NCBI RefSeq assembly: GCF_009914755.1
Contig: NC_060937.1
DNA length: 64,000 bases
Strand: one strand, 5' to 3'
Source: the human T2T-CHM13v2.0 reference genome, Homo sapiens
In this document: positions 1-17,779 of the stretch, piece by piece
Layout of the letters: every line of letters begins with the position of its first letter
Position numbering within the stretch: the stretch's first letter is position 1
The notes under the pieces: generated by a model
The model's database searches: none
Seen by the model: only the letters and a program-made list of their open reading frames with translations
Told to the model about the DNA's origin: nothing
Translations under genes and position numbers: made by a program

Positions 1-7
1 AATTCTA

Positions 8-197
8 GGCTGGGTGTCTCTAAAAAAGTTTTAAACATTAGCCGGATATGGTGGCATGTACCTATAATCCCAGCACTTCAGAGGTTGAGGCAGGGGGATT
101 GCTTGACCTCAGCTCAGGAATTTGAGGCTGCAGTGAGCCATGATTTCACCACTACACTACAGCTTGGACATCAGTGTGAGATCCCTGTCTCAAAAAA
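8..197 (+). mobile_element. Old Alu (AluJ-like) lacking most of the left monomer
   Basis: GGCTGGGTG start runs directly into TGTCTCTAAAAA (linker). The right monomer and A-tail follow. AATTCTA occurs at 1-7 and again just after the tail (partial TSD). Confidence 0.75.
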
Positions 198-359
198 ATA
201 TTGCAATTCTATAATTTAATCTATATATTTCATACAAGTCCAATAAAAATTCCATTTGAAGTTGAAAATCTAGATTAAGAAATTTTTTAAAAGGTCATGA
301 AAACTTACCCTACCAGAGACTAGATAAATAGAAGTATAGTAATACTAATATTAACAAGA

Positions 360-520
360 TTAATAATGATGCTCACCATGTGGCAGGAATCATGTTAAGT
401 ATTTCACAACTATTTTATTTTTGGCACGCTCTTTGAGGTAAATACTATTATTATTCCACTTTTACAGCTGAAGCAATTTGGCATCAAAAACAGTAGACTT
501 CATTGAGGCCATCCTTTTAA
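360..520 (-). mobile_element. MIR fragment
   Basis: Degenerate MIR core: TTTGAGGTAAATACTATTATTATTCCACTTTTACAG. Confidence 0.5.
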
Positions 521-574
521 CCACCGTCAATATAGCCTTAAGGTGACATTGTTGGCAAAAGTTTAGACTAGTGA

Positions 575-955
575 ATAGCTGATGTTGGGGCAATTGATAT
601 ATTATTTGGAAGAGAATAAAGTTGGATCCTTCCCATCGGAGTGAAGCAATTTCCAGAGGGATTAAATGGAAACAATTTACATTAAAATAAGCCAGAGAAC
701 AATAGATATAATTATGTATAATTCATATGATCTCTGGGAAGGAAAAAATTTTCTAAGCACAACACTGAAGAGAGGAACATAAAAATTTAAACTTCTATAT
801 AGGAGTAAAAAAATCAGCAAACAAATACTAAAGCTTATTAATAAATTTAAAGTATCAATGACAAAATGGTAAAAAAAAATTGGCAATGTGTTAGGCAAAG
901 GTAATATCTTAATGTATAAAGCGCCTTTCAAATCAATAAGTAAAGGGCAAAGACC
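575..955 (+). mobile_element. Ancient L1M ORF2-region fragment
   Basis: A-rich, with degenerate L1 motifs (AAAGTTGGATCC, TTTCTAAGCA, AAACTTCT, AAAGGGCAAAGAC). Confidence 0.5.
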
Positions 956-1132
956 TCAGTTTTGTAAACTTGGGTGCTCCTTAGGGACAACTCAGTAAGA
1001 CCATGAGGGGGGTTAATGTTGACAACTTGGTATAGAAGTATAGAGAACTACTGTGAAATACAAGGAGGTTTCTTGGTTGGAAGGAGGTTTAAAATTATGT
1101 TGAGAAGCTCCAGGGAGTATAATTACTCCTTT

Positions 1133-2660
<1,528 letters not shown>

Positions 2661-4530
2661 CCCTAAGTTTACTTCCTCTCAGTTTTGTCATCATGAAGGA
2701 AGGAAACTTCAGCTACTGGAGCAGGTTTCCATAGGCTTACCTTGAGTCACCTGCCCATTCCCAGATTCATAGTAACATAAATAGCTCACTTTAGACTGAA
2801 TCCTTCTACCTGTATCCATTGCTGTGTCCAGGAAAGTCAATTCATGGAGTAGGAGTCTATAACCAGGAAACCTCCCCTGTGCCCGTGTTTGTCTGCAAAA
2901 TGGTATACAAACATTTTTCTATTCTTAAAATAAGTCAGGGGGAGCAAACATTTTGTAAAAATTATCTGGATCCAAGGTCAAGGCTTAATCTCAGCCTTAC
3001 TTATATGGTACAAATATTCTGCAAGTGACAAACCAAAATGTATTAAGTACTTAACATTCTTGACTCATCATGTCTTTGTAAGAATGGTGTTTCTTTTATT
3101 ATCTTTAATCTACAGTCAAGTTAATTTGATTTAATGATCATATTGTAAGCTTATCTAATTCTTATTTTCGGTATCATCCTTTAATATATTGTGAACCATG
3201 TGTTTAACTAAGTGTAGAGAATTGTAAAATGAAGATAATAGGGTAATTAATTTGAGCACAATAAGTACAAGTTAGTCTTAACAGTACTATAGTGTACACA
3301 AGTATTTCTCTGAATTATTTCTGAAAGTATAGTTAGATTTATCCCATTTAATCATAACATATTTAACCTGCTTTTAAGTGAGTTAAGACCACTAACTTTT
3401 TCAATTTTGTTTTAGAAGTTAGAAGTTAGGTAGATTTGTTTTAAAAGTCAAGAAAGTGAAATAGAAATGATTATATTAGTCAGTCTATATGAAATGTCAC
3501 TCTTCATATTTATACTCTAAAAATGTTAATTCTGTTTTACCAATGAATTGTAATTCCACTTAGCAACACTCCTTTCCATTTTTAGTTTCTAAGAGAAGAT
3601 ATGTTTAAGTAATTACTAATAAATTGCTCTAAAGTGAACACAATTTTTGGAACTTTTATTACTTATATTTACAAAAACTCAAAGTAAATGTGTCGAAGAG
3701 TTTCTTTTAAATGTTTCACTGTCCATCTATTGGGCTCAAGAACCTGAGAGTTGGGGGAAGGAGGGAAGGAAGGGACATAGCGAAATAAACTATCGGTATT
3801 ATTTTATTCTTTTATAAAACCATGTGATGGAAAAAGAGTTCTGATTCCACATGGGCACTGTGCTGACGGTTGTATTGACATTACGGCCATAGTGACGATC
3901 AATTATTCTTATATTGCGGACCGGATTGAGAAAAGTCTACTTGCCTTTTATCAGCTAAAGAATAAAATCACTAATCAGGCAAATCACCATGGCCGTTCTA
4001 GTTGTTTGGGAAAGTCCTAATGACTTCGTCCTTTCCCACTGATGTAGGTGCAGGTGCAGGATTCCTCCTCACCTACAGGTTCCCTTCTACCATGCACTCC
4101 ATTGCATCAGGGCTTTTCTCCATGCTCTGCTTCCAGAAACAATCTCTTATCCTTCATGGCCTCATGGCAGACCCATGAATTTCCATCCTGCTCTTGCTCT
4201 CTGCTTACCTTATGGCCCTGGATCAACTCACCTGGGACTCAGACCTTGATTGACACCCCAGCCTAGGTCAATAAACATTTGTTTAATCCAATTTAATTTT
4301 AATAACAAGTTTCTACTTCCAATATAATTATTTAATGTTTACACATTTACTTGCTGATATAACTAGTTTTGTTTATTTTCTCCTCTTGTTATAACAGCAT
4401 TGGATTTTGTGGTTAAACCTCTTGCTTATAGTAAAACCTTTATTTATTGTGTTACATTAGCTCTAGATGTTGCTATTATCTATGCATTTGTTCTCTTATT
4501 TACAATATTCAAAAACTGAAAACACAGCAT

Positions 4531-4996
4531 TTATATTAGTTTTCTATCGCTACTGTAAAAAAATCACCACAAATTTAGAGACGTAACACAACACAAATGT
4601 GTTATTTTATAGTTCTGGTGGTCAGAAGTCTGCAATGGGTCTCACAGGGCTAAAATCAAGGTGTTGGCAAGACTTCATTCCTTCTGGAGGCTCTAATGAG
4701 AATATGCTGCATGCCTTTTCCAGCTTCTAGAAGTTGCTTGTATTCCTTGGCTCTTGGGCTGCATCGCTCTTCCCTCTGCTTCTGTCCTTACATCTCCTTC
4801 TCTGACTATCCATCCTTTCTATCATAAGGACCCTTCTGATTACATCAGGTCCACCTAGATAATCCAGGAGACTCATCTCAAGATTCTCACTTTAATCACA
4901 ACTGCAAAATCCCTTTGCCATGTAAGGTTGCATATTCACAGTTTCTGGGGCTTAGACGTAGACAACTTTGGAAGGACTATTATTCAGCCTACCACA
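4531..4996 (-). mobile_element. MLT1C/D-type MaLR solo LTR
   Basis: Ends TATTCAGCCTACCACA, the reverse complement of the MLT1 start TGTGGTAGGCTGAATA. Internal CCCTTTGCCATGTAAGG and GATAATCCAGG motifs. Confidence 0.85.
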
Positions 4997-5294
4997 ACAT
5001 TCCTTACTGTTATATCAGACAAGCAAGGAAATATATAAAGTTGAGACCAGACTTTAAAAATGTTAATTAAACCTTAATATTAAAAGACTGAAGTTGTGTG
5101 GAAGAAAAGTTATTAAACCAGGTGGTAATATTATGTGAAATCAAAAGTTAACATTAGGTAATTAACCACAATCAAATTTAAGAGAAAATATAAACGGCAT
5201 ATTGTTTGAAGCCAACATCTATCTAATCTAGTAAATACCTAGGGATGATTTGTTTAATACTTTAGCTTTTTATAGCATCAAACTAGATACTTAG

Positions 5295-5680
5295 TGATAT
5301 GGTTTGGCTCTGTGTCCCCACCCAAATCTCATGTTGAATTGTAATTCCCAATATTGGGGGAGGGACCTGGTGGGAGGTGATTGGATCATGGGGGCAGATT
5401 TCTCCCTTGCTGTTCTCATGATACTGAGTGAGTTCTAAGGAGATCTGGTTATTTAAAAGCATATAGTACTTTCCCCTTCACTCTCTCTCTCTCTCTCTCC
5501 TGCCACCATGTGAAGATGTGCTTGCCTCCCCTTTGCCCTTCTCCCATGATTGTAAGTTTCCTGAGGCCTCCCCAACCGTGCCTCCTGTACAGCCTGTGGA
5601 ACTGTGAGTCAATTAAACCTCTTTATAAGTTACCCAGTCCCAGGTTATTCTTTACAACAGTGTGTGAATGAACAAATACA
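5295..5680 (+). mobile_element. MSTA-type MaLR solo LTR
   Basis: TGATATGGTTTGG...AATACA termini. Perfect 5-bp TSD CTTAG at 5290-5294 and 5681-5685. Confidence 0.9.
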
Positions 5681-5769
5681 CTTAGCCCTTGTCATTTCAT
5701 TTTTTAGTCATTTGTTTTTGTAAATAATACATGGAAAACAAAAAATTAGAACTTACAAGTATGTACAGT

Positions 5770-5972
5770 GATTTTATATACATATATATACACTGATTAT
5801 ACATATATGTACAATGATTTTATATATATAAAACTATATATATAACTATATATATAACTAGATATATATAACTAGATATATATATAACTATATATATAAT
5901 TAGATATATAACTATATATATAATTAGATATATATATAACTATATATATATTTATATATATATATATATATA
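5770..5972. repeat. (TA)n-derived low-complexity minisatellite with TATATATAAC / TAGATATATA units
   Basis: Directly visible. Confidence 0.9.
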
Positions 5973-6192
5973 TTTCTCAATCCCTCTGTCTTCTAGTTGC
6001 TCAAGTTCATTCAGATGCAACAGGTCACCAATTTTCTCTTCAACAGTTTTTGTTTATTTTTCCAGAAATTACTTGATCATTTTAGAAGTGTCTCTCCAGA
6101 ATCATTGAGGCATTCAAAAGTTAATCTATACATACTTTTTTATTTATAAAACTGCCTTAATATGAGTTAGATATCCATTAGAAATAATTTCT

Positions 6193-6480
6193 GGCCAGGC
6201 GCTGTGGCTCACACCTGTGGTACCAGCACTTTGGAAGGCTGAGGTGGGTGGATCATGAGGTGAGGCGATCAAGACCATCCTGGCTAATATGGTAAAACCC
6301 CATCTCTACTAAAAATACAAAAAATTAGCCGGGCATGGTGGCACACACCTGTAGTCCCAGCTACTTGTGAGGCTGAGGCAGGAGAATCGTTCGAACCCAG
6401 GAGGCGGGTGAGCCAAGATCGTGCCAATACACTCCAGCCTGGGCAACAGAGTGAGACTCTGTCTCAAAAAAAAAAAAAAA
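6193..6480 (+). mobile_element. AluSc/Y-like Alu
   Basis: Dimeric Alu with GGATCATGAGG left arm and poly(A). Short deletion in the right arm. Confidence 0.93.
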
Positions 6481-6659
6481 GAATTTCTATTGACACTGGA
6501 GACCTTTATTTCCCCGCAATTTTTGGTGCTTACTATCTCATAAAGTATGCACTGCCTGAGAATCTACAGTAAGTACTTTAGTATCAATATTTAGGTCCTT
6601 GATCATGCTTTAAATTTTATCTTTAATTATCTCCCCAAAAAGACCAGCTGTCGTGGACA

Positions 6660-7300
6660 TCAAAGCAATGGCTCTGGAGGTAATACCTCAGCTCAAAGTT
6701 TGGCTCTTCCAGCTTCAAGTTGTTTGGCTTTGAGCAAGTTAGTTTACCTACCTCTTTTTTTCACATTGTTGAGGAGTAAAATGGGCAAAATAATAGTACC
6801 TACCTCCTAGGGTTGTTAGGAGAGTTAACTACTGCATAAAGTAGCTGGTATTTACTAAGTATTTAATAAACAATTATATTTGTGCATAACTCCAGTCATT
6901 ATGTAAGGATTATCCTCTTGTATTTGCTCTACTTAGCTTAGTTGCTAGTGATTACTATTATTCTACATTTAACAAATTCATCCATATGGCAGAAAGATTA
7001 CTGGCCTGCAATTCTCAGTGTTACCACTGGGATTATTTTATGGACAGTAACAACTAATGTTCATTAGTGTTTATTGTCAACTAGGCTCTGTGCTAGTGTG
7101 CTTTAGTTGCATTGTTTTTTGAGCTTTACAAAAACCTTTGAAGTAGGTCATGTTATTGTCATCATCCTCATTTCAAGGGTGGGAACCTAAACATTAGAGA
7201 GGTTGAATAACTTGTCCAGCTAGTTAGGAACAAAGCCAGGATCTGAACCCAGGCAGACTAAGTCCAGTGTTCATACACTTAATTATTGGGTTATACTACC
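6660..7300. mobile_element. Two MIR fragments (+ ~6660-6870; - ~7045-7300)
   Basis: GTAAAATGGG..ATAATAGTACCTACCTC and AGAGAGGTTGAATAACTTG..GAACCCAGGCAG cores. Confidence 0.65.
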
Positions 7301-7781
7301 TCCTGAAGAAAGGGCTTACTCTGGCATTTCTTCAATCATTAGGCCATCAGTTCCTTATTCTTTCATTTTTAAAAAAATAAAAATAAAACATTTATTAAAT
7401 GTCTATTATATGCCAGCTACTCTCATAGGTAATAGATAGCACTGTGCCTGCCCTCAGGCTGACAGTGGCTAACAGCAACAAGTTAAAGATTCTGAAGAAT
7501 AGTACCATAACTTAACTAGCACTAACTTGAAGCTGGGACATGCCATTTTTTATATTTGCTATAGCACCAGCTACCTTTCTCTTTCAAAAAAACAATATGG
7601 AAATGAGAAGTTCTCTCATATGTTTCTCTGACTGAAGCAAGCAACTCATTTTTTCTCTCTCTAGTCTCCTCTGTCCTTCTTTTACACTGTGATTATTAAG
7701 TGCCTATCTAGCAAGATCCATACCTGTTAACATTTTTAAAACTATTAATCTTTTATGTTTTTATTAGTTTTTGTGCTTAAA

Positions 7782-7960
7782 CTTTTTTTTTGAGATAATT
7801 ATAGAGTTACATACAGTTGTAAGAAATAATATGAGAGGATCCAGGTGCCCTTTACCCAGTTACCCCAATAGTAACATCTTGTAGAACAATAATACAGTAT
7901 CACAATGAGGATATTGACATTGACAGAATTCACCAATCATATTAAGATTTCCCCAGTTTT
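7782..7960 (-). mobile_element. L1M 3' end fragment
   Basis: T-tract followed by GAGATAATTATAGA..CAGTTGTAAGAAATAAT..CCCTTTACCCAGT. Confidence 0.6.
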
Positions 7961-7963
7961 CCT

Positions 7964-7964
<1 letters not shown>

Positions 7965-8010
<46 letters not shown>
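7965..8010. repeat. (GT)23 microsatellite
   Basis: Directly visible. Confidence 0.95.
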
Positions 8011-8013
<3 letters not shown>

Positions 8014-8024
8014 GTTCTTTATAT

Positions 8025-8338
8025 CAGTAATCCCCAACCTTTTTGGCACCAGGGACGGGCTTCGTCAGGGGGATGGGTGAATGGTTTTGGGACGAAACTG
8101 TTCTAGCTCAGACTATTAGGCATTAGATTCTCATACTGAGCATGCAACCTAGATTTCTTGTATGTGCAGTTCACAATAGGGTTCACGGTCCTGTGAGAAT
8201 CCAACGCTGCCACTGATCTGACAGGAGGAAGATGTCAGTTTCGGTTGCTCACCCGCCACTCACTTCCTGTTGTGTGGCCTAGTTCCTAACAGGACACAGA
8301 CTGGTACTGTTCTGTGGCCCAGAGGTTGGGGACCTCTG
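8025..8338 (+). mobile_element. MER1B (hAT-Charlie MITE)
   Basis: TIRs CAGTAATCCCCAACC / GGTTGGGGACCTCTG. 8-bp TSD CTTTATAT / TTTTATAT. Confidence 0.88.
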
Positions 8339-8444
8339 TTTTATATCATTGATATTTTAATTCAAGATAAGCCCTTAATTTTTTTCCTCACATAATTTAA
8401 TTTTCAAATGGCCTTCAGCTTGAGCAATCTTTACATTTTGATTT

Positions 8445-9014
<570 letters not shown>

Positions 9015-9702
9015 TGAGTAGTTTTTAAATTATCTGCAGAGAGCCTGTGGCTTATTTACTTTAAATTAATTCATGATTATTTTCTTCATAAATGCACTTA
9101 TCTTATTGTATTGGTAAAATAAGGTAAATGTGCTATAGCATTTTTTTATTTTCCCTTAAGTTTAATTATATTGAGATAGCTCATACATTAATGGTATATG
9201 ATCAGATTTTCTATAGATAGGACTTCCTATTTTTACTTTCATCCACATCTAATATAATGTATTTCTGTTTTGTGTGCTAAAATTACTTATTCTAAAAACC
9301 ATAGAATTGAGTAATTTATCCTACATTAAAGCTTATCCTTAAGATGTCATCTGCATTCATTATTGTCAACATGTGTTTTATAGCACTGCAATCTTCCTGC
9401 GTTTTCTATGGTTTGTAGCTTGGCCTATATCCCATTGGTTTTTCTCTATCCAGCTTTTGAAATTAAAGCAAAATTATCATCTTCAATTCCAATTAAATGC
9501 AATATAATAGTCATATTACTTTGAATTTTAATCATTGCTTTTTGTTTTTAGAATTTATTATTTATTAAGTAGGTAGTCTTAGTTCCACCATCTGATGATA
9601 TAAAGAGGTACGAACTCCAGATCTCCTGACTCTTTAAACAACTATCTACTGCCACGCAGTTGCTAAGACATGAAGATCATGTAACACAGGGGGGACACCA
9701 CA

Positions 9703-10099
9703 CAGAAACTACAAATTGATGGCCCATAAACCACATCCAGTTTGCAGATATTTTGCTTAGCCTGGATGGTGTCGGCCAGTTTTTTAAAAAGTTTTAATTA
9801 ATTGACAGAACCTTAAAAATCAGGAGATTTCACATTAAAAACCCAGATTTCCAATTTCCCTTGAAAAATTGGAATGTTTGGTAGCAATGAGCCAGAGTAG
9901 AGGAGCAGCTGCCCAGTTTGGACAGGGCAGGCACTCTAGTTGGCCACAGCCCTACCGCTTTCTCCTGTCTCTGACCCTGAAGGCAAATGGCACTGATCCT
10001 TTATCATGGCACTCATGCCATTGTTTACCTTAGAGTTGGCCTGCCTGGCTCAGTCATGTTACCTACCTGATCCTACAGGCATTATGTTATTCAGGCCTG
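9703..10099 (+). mobile_element. MER102-like hAT-Charlie element
   Basis: TAAAAATCAGGAGATTTCACATTAAAAACCCAGATTTCC..CTTGAAAAATTGGAA matches the recalled MER102 core. Confidence 0.7.
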
Positions 10100-11779
10100 A
10101 TGCCTGGACTTTGGTCAGAACTCCTATCTGGTTTTCTGCTTGGTGCTGTCGTTCAACACAAGATCAGGAGACTTTCTTCAAATTACACCAGAGACAAGTT
10201 GGAGGCTTGCTCCTTGGCTTCCTTCAGGAGGCTTGCACCACTCTCCCTGGCACCCTGGAATTTCACCTCTGAAGCTAGGTAGAGAAAAAGAGAGACTTCT
10301 CTGTAAGGACTGGAGAAGAGCTTTCATTGTCTTCTTTCCCTGGTGTCACCCAGCTGTCCATTTAAACCTTCCAAATTTAAGGCATTCCCAATAAGAATTC
10401 TGCTGGTAAACAGCCTTCTGTTTGCTCTCAGATATCCCAGTATTCCAAAGAACTACACTGTTTAAGTTGTAGTAGGGTGGAGTTCCCCTATGGGAAATAC
10501 CCCCAGGCTCTGCCTTGATGTATAGTCACACGGAGGGGATGAGAATGAAGAAAATCAGTCCAGTGGCTTAGGAAGGAAAGAGGCTGATGTTCTTATTATA
10601 ATTCTATTAACTATATCTTTGCAATTTCCACTAAAATGTCCTTCCCTAATACAAAGACCTAAATCTGGTGTTCTTTGGACTCCATTTTGTCCTTGACTCT
10701 TTCACTAGTTGGAGTGAGTAGGGGTAGGGAAGAGCTTTGGTCTCCCATAGAGGTCAGATGCCACTAGCACTTTAGGGTATTAAAATTTCAGAGTGTCAAT
10801 TGCTGTTCTCCACATCACACTGCTTGTGTATGCACGACTTTAAAACCTTAGGTTTTTGGCCCATTAAATACAGCAAACTTTGATTTTTGAACTGTCCTCA
10901 GGGTTTTGAGAATCATTTGTTAGTCTCACTATTTTGATACCCACCAGGGAAAATAACCAACCTGCTATGGAACAGGATCGTTAACTGAAGCAGCCACTAT
11001 GAGAAGGAAAGTGCATAATGTTATAAATGAAGTCACTGCCATGAAATAATACAGATGTATTCTTTTCAGTGAATTCTGTGCAAACACCCAGTCAAGCTGA
11101 GACTTCCCTGATTATGTATAGGGAATATGTTCAGAAAATCACCAGCTGGGTTTTTCAGTGGTTTAAAAGCTGCTGTGCTGTAGCATTCCAGAATAAAATA
11201 AGTAAATACCACCTGCCAACCAGTAAAGTTTTTTGATGCAACATCCCTTTACTTCAAAGCTTATAATGAAATTGATTTTCAGTGCTTTCTCATTTCAATT
11301 TGCAAGCCCCATGAATAACTACTCTAAAATAATTTCAACTTAGAAATGTTCAGGAACTGGTGAGAAATTGATAGTGACTGTTTTATGCTTAGGTAAAAGA
11401 TAATGAATAAAAATGCAAAGGAAGAACTCGCTGTGTTTAGATGAGAAGAACTATATGATAAGGAGGCAAGAAGTCAGAAATAATTTTCCATGATAAAGAG
11501 AGTAATTTAAAACTTTCTTTAATTTTTAGTAGGACTGAACCCTCAAACAAATGATGTTTCACTGCCTGGAGAATTGGCAGAGGCTGTAAATCAGATTCTA
11601 ATGTGTTTGTTCCTGCAATGCCATCCATTGATTATGGGCATTTGATGCTAAACATTTTGATGAGCTTTTTTTTTTAATTCAGCAAATCATCTAGATATTT
11701 GGAAACTCTGGGATGACAGACACAAATTTTTACTTTGCATTCATATAGATATAATTTTGTTGATATTTATTTTGAAGGA

Positions 11780-12410
11780 ATGTGTGGATCCATATTTTAT
11801 GTGTCCTCAAGTTTATACAATTTGGGAGGGGTGGCACTTCTTTAAGAAATAGAATACAAAATTACGCACAAATATTTGGCAAGAAAGTGAGTATTTACTT
11901 AGAAATATAGTGAAAAGCACAACAAATTATAAATCTCAAAAAGCTAAAAAATACCACAAAGATCGTAATATCCAGAAATTTAACAAAATGCTTTTAAATG
12001 ATGAACTTTCTGATATGTCTCTATAAAAATTTTTTCCTTACACTTTTTATCCTCAAACTCACTGATTGTCTCTTCATATGACAATAATTTCAGAATATAA
12101 TTTTTTATCCAGGGAATAGAAAAATAATTCAGGCTTCTCCCTAGCATCGTTGATGTAAACTTGGTTCTCCTTTTGAAAGTTTAGAAAAGTTTCAGCTTCA
12201 CAACTCCTTCTTGATAAGGTTGATGTACAATTTTAATATTGTTGCTAAATTTGAGAAACTATCTCTATAAAATTTCTTTCATATATGAGCTGATAGGAGA
12301 TCAAAAAATTTGTAATTGAGGCCTTTGTATTAAGATGTTCGGTGGTTCCGTACAGTGTGGTGTTAGAAGATTGCTGGAAGCCATTCCTACATTGGAACAG
12401 CCAGCATTTA
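11780..12410 (+). mobile_element. Zaphod/MER115 (hAT-Tip100) left part, with a transposase C-terminal remnant on the - strand
   Basis: GTTTATACAATTTGGG..CTTTAAGAAATAGAATACAAAATTACG. The - strand reads, across frameshifts, LIYERNFIE / FSNLATILKLYINL / SCEAE, resembling the hAT dimerisation motif. Confidence 0.75.
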
Positions 12411-12416
12411 AAACTA

Positions 12417-14303
<1,887 letters not shown>

Positions 14304-14539
14304 GAATAATCCCTAGGCATTTGCGGAAATGCCTTTAATTAAAAAGATGTTTTAATATTTACCTTCAAATTGTGACTCTTCAATATGTCTGACCTAAACA
14401 ACATGCATATATAGCAATGTGCCCCCACTTTGAAAATTAATATATTTTCTAAATATAACAAAGCACATTTTCTTTCTTTTGTAAGTTTTTCTGTTGGCGA
14501 TGAAGACCAATAAAGAGGGGGGTGCTATAAAACGTCAAA

Positions 14540-14750
14540 AAACAAAAAAAAGAAAAGTACCTACAAACCACATTAAATACATGCCACCAAACCCAAACTA
14601 AATGTAACCCAACACAGTTCCCCTTAGGCAAATCCAGAAAATGCCTGCACAATGACAATGCAGAGTAGAAAGAGACAGTGGCTTTAGCTAAGTGAGTAAA
14701 GTATCCTTCTTTTGCAAATTTTATAAAACAGGCACAGTAAACATGCTTCT
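14540..14750 (+). mobile_element. Zaphod/MER115 right part
   Basis: AAACCCAAACTAAATGTA..CCCCTTAG..GAAAGAGACAG..TTTTGCAAATTTTATAAAA matches the recalled MER115 3' portion. Confidence 0.65.
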
Positions 14751-15225
14751 GTCTCGAGGAAAAAAAGAATATGAAGCCAGAGGACTAGATCCAGCATTTT
14801 GCTTAATTTTGTTATTCACTGAGCAGTACCCTCTGAACTCTGACTGAGTGCTGGTCTAGCCCCAGCCCAGCAAATTAAGAGCAATTGTTCCCTGAATGTT
14901 TGTATCCCATTAAGTGTCTAAATATTTTTCTTCAGATACAAATTTGGTGCCTAATTTCTTTCCTTCTTGTGTTGTACAAATTCTTTACTTTCTTCTGTTC
15001 AAACTCTAGACTTTCTGAGACTACCAACTGAGATCTGGTACTTTAAGATTTAACCTTGGAAGTTACCTGACCCTTGTGTAATAGACAGAAATCATTTCTT
15101 ATGAATATAAGAATGAGAAAATGAAATATGTTTTAAACATAAAACACCATATGAAGAAATGAGAAAAAGAAAATGTGGCATCTTTGTTCAATGGAAGGAC
15201 AAATATTTTATTTTATAGATTATTA

Positions 15226-15545
<320 letters not shown>

Positions 15546-16309
15546 TTATGTCTGGATCGCAATTTTCCTGTACCAGATGATACTTAATCATCTTTAATGT
15601 AAGTAAAGCTTTGCCATGTTCAAAGTCCCATGCTCTTTCAAGAAATAATTCAGTTTAACTTATGACTTAAAAAGAAGACTCACTAGCATTGTTGGAATAA
15701 TTTGGTGAAGTGGTAGTTTCCAGTACAACTTTTATTTGGAGGACACCGAAAGGTCAGCTTGTTCCAAAATATTTCTGTATGTCATGGCAAAAAGGGATAT
15801 TTTAGTAGAGCATGCCCATCTCCTATTGTGATTATATAAATTATTTAATTATATGAGCTATTTATCATCTTGATTTCTGTAGAGACAAAAAATCTGACAG
15901 GTCTGTGGGTCAATAAAATTGAATGGAACACAGACAGCAGAGACAAGACCTTGATGGCAGTAGAATTTTTGATCATAAGATGACACAGTTGGGGCAATGT
16001 CACAGAAACCAGCTACTGTGGAAATCTCAATTTTCAATTTTATTTGGTAAACATAAAATATGCCAGTGTTTGTTTTATGCATTAATTTTCTGGAGTTTTT
16101 GAAAGGTTTCAGATAGGGAATAAAATAATCAGTATTCTAGCTTTCCTAAATGCTATTTGATTTCTTTTTGAAATGGTAGCATTCCATTTAATTAAACAAG
16201 TAGATTGTGGTTAAGGGAATCAGATGAAGTGTGCATATTAAATATACAACTTCTATAATCTAGTGTAAATTTTTTCTCTTCAATTTGAAATACACCAGAG
16301 AAGTGCTTG

Positions 16310-16760
16310 AAATGGTTGTAAGAGAGAAAATCCAATTCAAACAGGCTGAAGAATGTATTGGCCTGTACAACCTAATTTCATCAGGTTTGGCTTGATTCAA
16401 GGGCTAAAATAAATCAAGTTATCTTTTTCAACCATGCTATCCACTGTGGGGCATCATTTTAAGGCCTCAAGCAGTGGTTTCTTGTATCTCCAGGCTTGTA
16501 TCATCCCGGATTTAAACCTATGTAAAAAGGGAACATGTCTCTTACTGGTAACTCCAGCAGAATCTTAGATGCTATTTTTACTGGACCAACTGGGGTCATA
16601 TTCCCATTCCAAATCAAATTATCCCCTAGGGGAAATTAGTAGTCTGACTGGCCAGGCCTGAGTCATATGCTTCATCCCTGGAACAAGAGATGAAATTGTA
16701 CCTGAACCACATGGATGCAAGAGTTGCAGAGAAATGGGAACCCAAAAGAAGTTCAAATAC
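16310..16760 (-). mobile_element. Old MLT1 (J/K/L-type) LTR remnant
   Basis: Degenerate motifs CTGACTGGCCAGGCCTGAGTCATATGC and GGCTTGATTCAAGGGCT. Confidence 0.45.
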
Positions 16761-16997
16761 AAAACTGCTAGCAAAAGCGGGGTAATGACTTAAGAAAATC
16801 ATCTGGAACCTACCCTTTGATTAACTTAACATCACTACACATCTTTCTTCATGTAGATAAGCTTCCAAACATGTCTTAATTTGCCACGTAATGACACACT
16901 TTCATGTGTACTCATGCCTTCCCGCAAGTGAGACAACTCAGCATTTGGTACAATTACTGCATCTAACTATAAATCTATAATATCTCGGTTATGCATG

Positions 16998-17393
16998 TGT
17001 ATTAGTTCATTCTTACACTGCTATAAAGAAATACCTGAGACTGGGTAATTTATAAAGAAAAGAGGTTTAATTGGCTCACGGTTCTGCAGGCTGTACAGGA
17101 AGCATGGCAGCATCTGCTTCTAGGGAGGCCTCAGGGAACTTACAGTCATGGGAAGGCAAAGGGGAAGCAGGCTTATCTTATGTGGCCAGAGCAGGAAGAA
17201 GACAGAGACGGGGAGGTGCTACATACTTTTAAACAACCAGATTTCACAAAAACTCACTCACTGTCACAAGAACATCACCAGAGGGGAAACCTTCCCCCAT
17301 GATCCAATCACCTCTCACCAGGCCCCACCTACAACATTGGGGATCACAATTCAACATGAGATTTGGGCAGGGACACAGATCCAAACCATATCA
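16998..17393 (-). mobile_element. MSTA-type MaLR solo LTR
   Basis: TGTATTAG...CCAAACCATATCA termini. Perfect TSD GCATG at 16993-16997 and 17394-17398. Confidence 0.92.
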
Positions 17394-17779
17394 GCATGTT
17401 TAGATCTTAATATAATTCTCATGGTCTGAGAACTTATAGATAAATGATAAATCTAATCCCTCCCAATACACTCAAAATGTAATTGTAGATAGAAATAGGC
17501 TAATATCAACTTAGAACTCTTTTAGAGAGGAGGATAGAATGGGAAACAACTTTAAGTGGTGACTGACTCAATATTATATATCATGTCCTGCAGATGAGGA
17601 ACTTTTTGACTGGGTGGTAAAAGAAAATTTTTGGACAGCGAATTTAGCTGCCTCTTTTCTTCCCTCTGGAAAGCTCTCCCAAATCTGGTATCCTCCATAG
17701 ATAATGAGTAATAGGAAGGAAGCCCCTTGTGGTGGATGTACATCTTTACACCCCACTTCCTGGTACAGAGGAGACAGGA

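Noticed and set aside
3781-4020. 79-codon stop-free frame over the CpG-retaining patch
   Set aside because: No ATG, no convincing splice sites and no recognisable protein similarity; the length is compatible with chance
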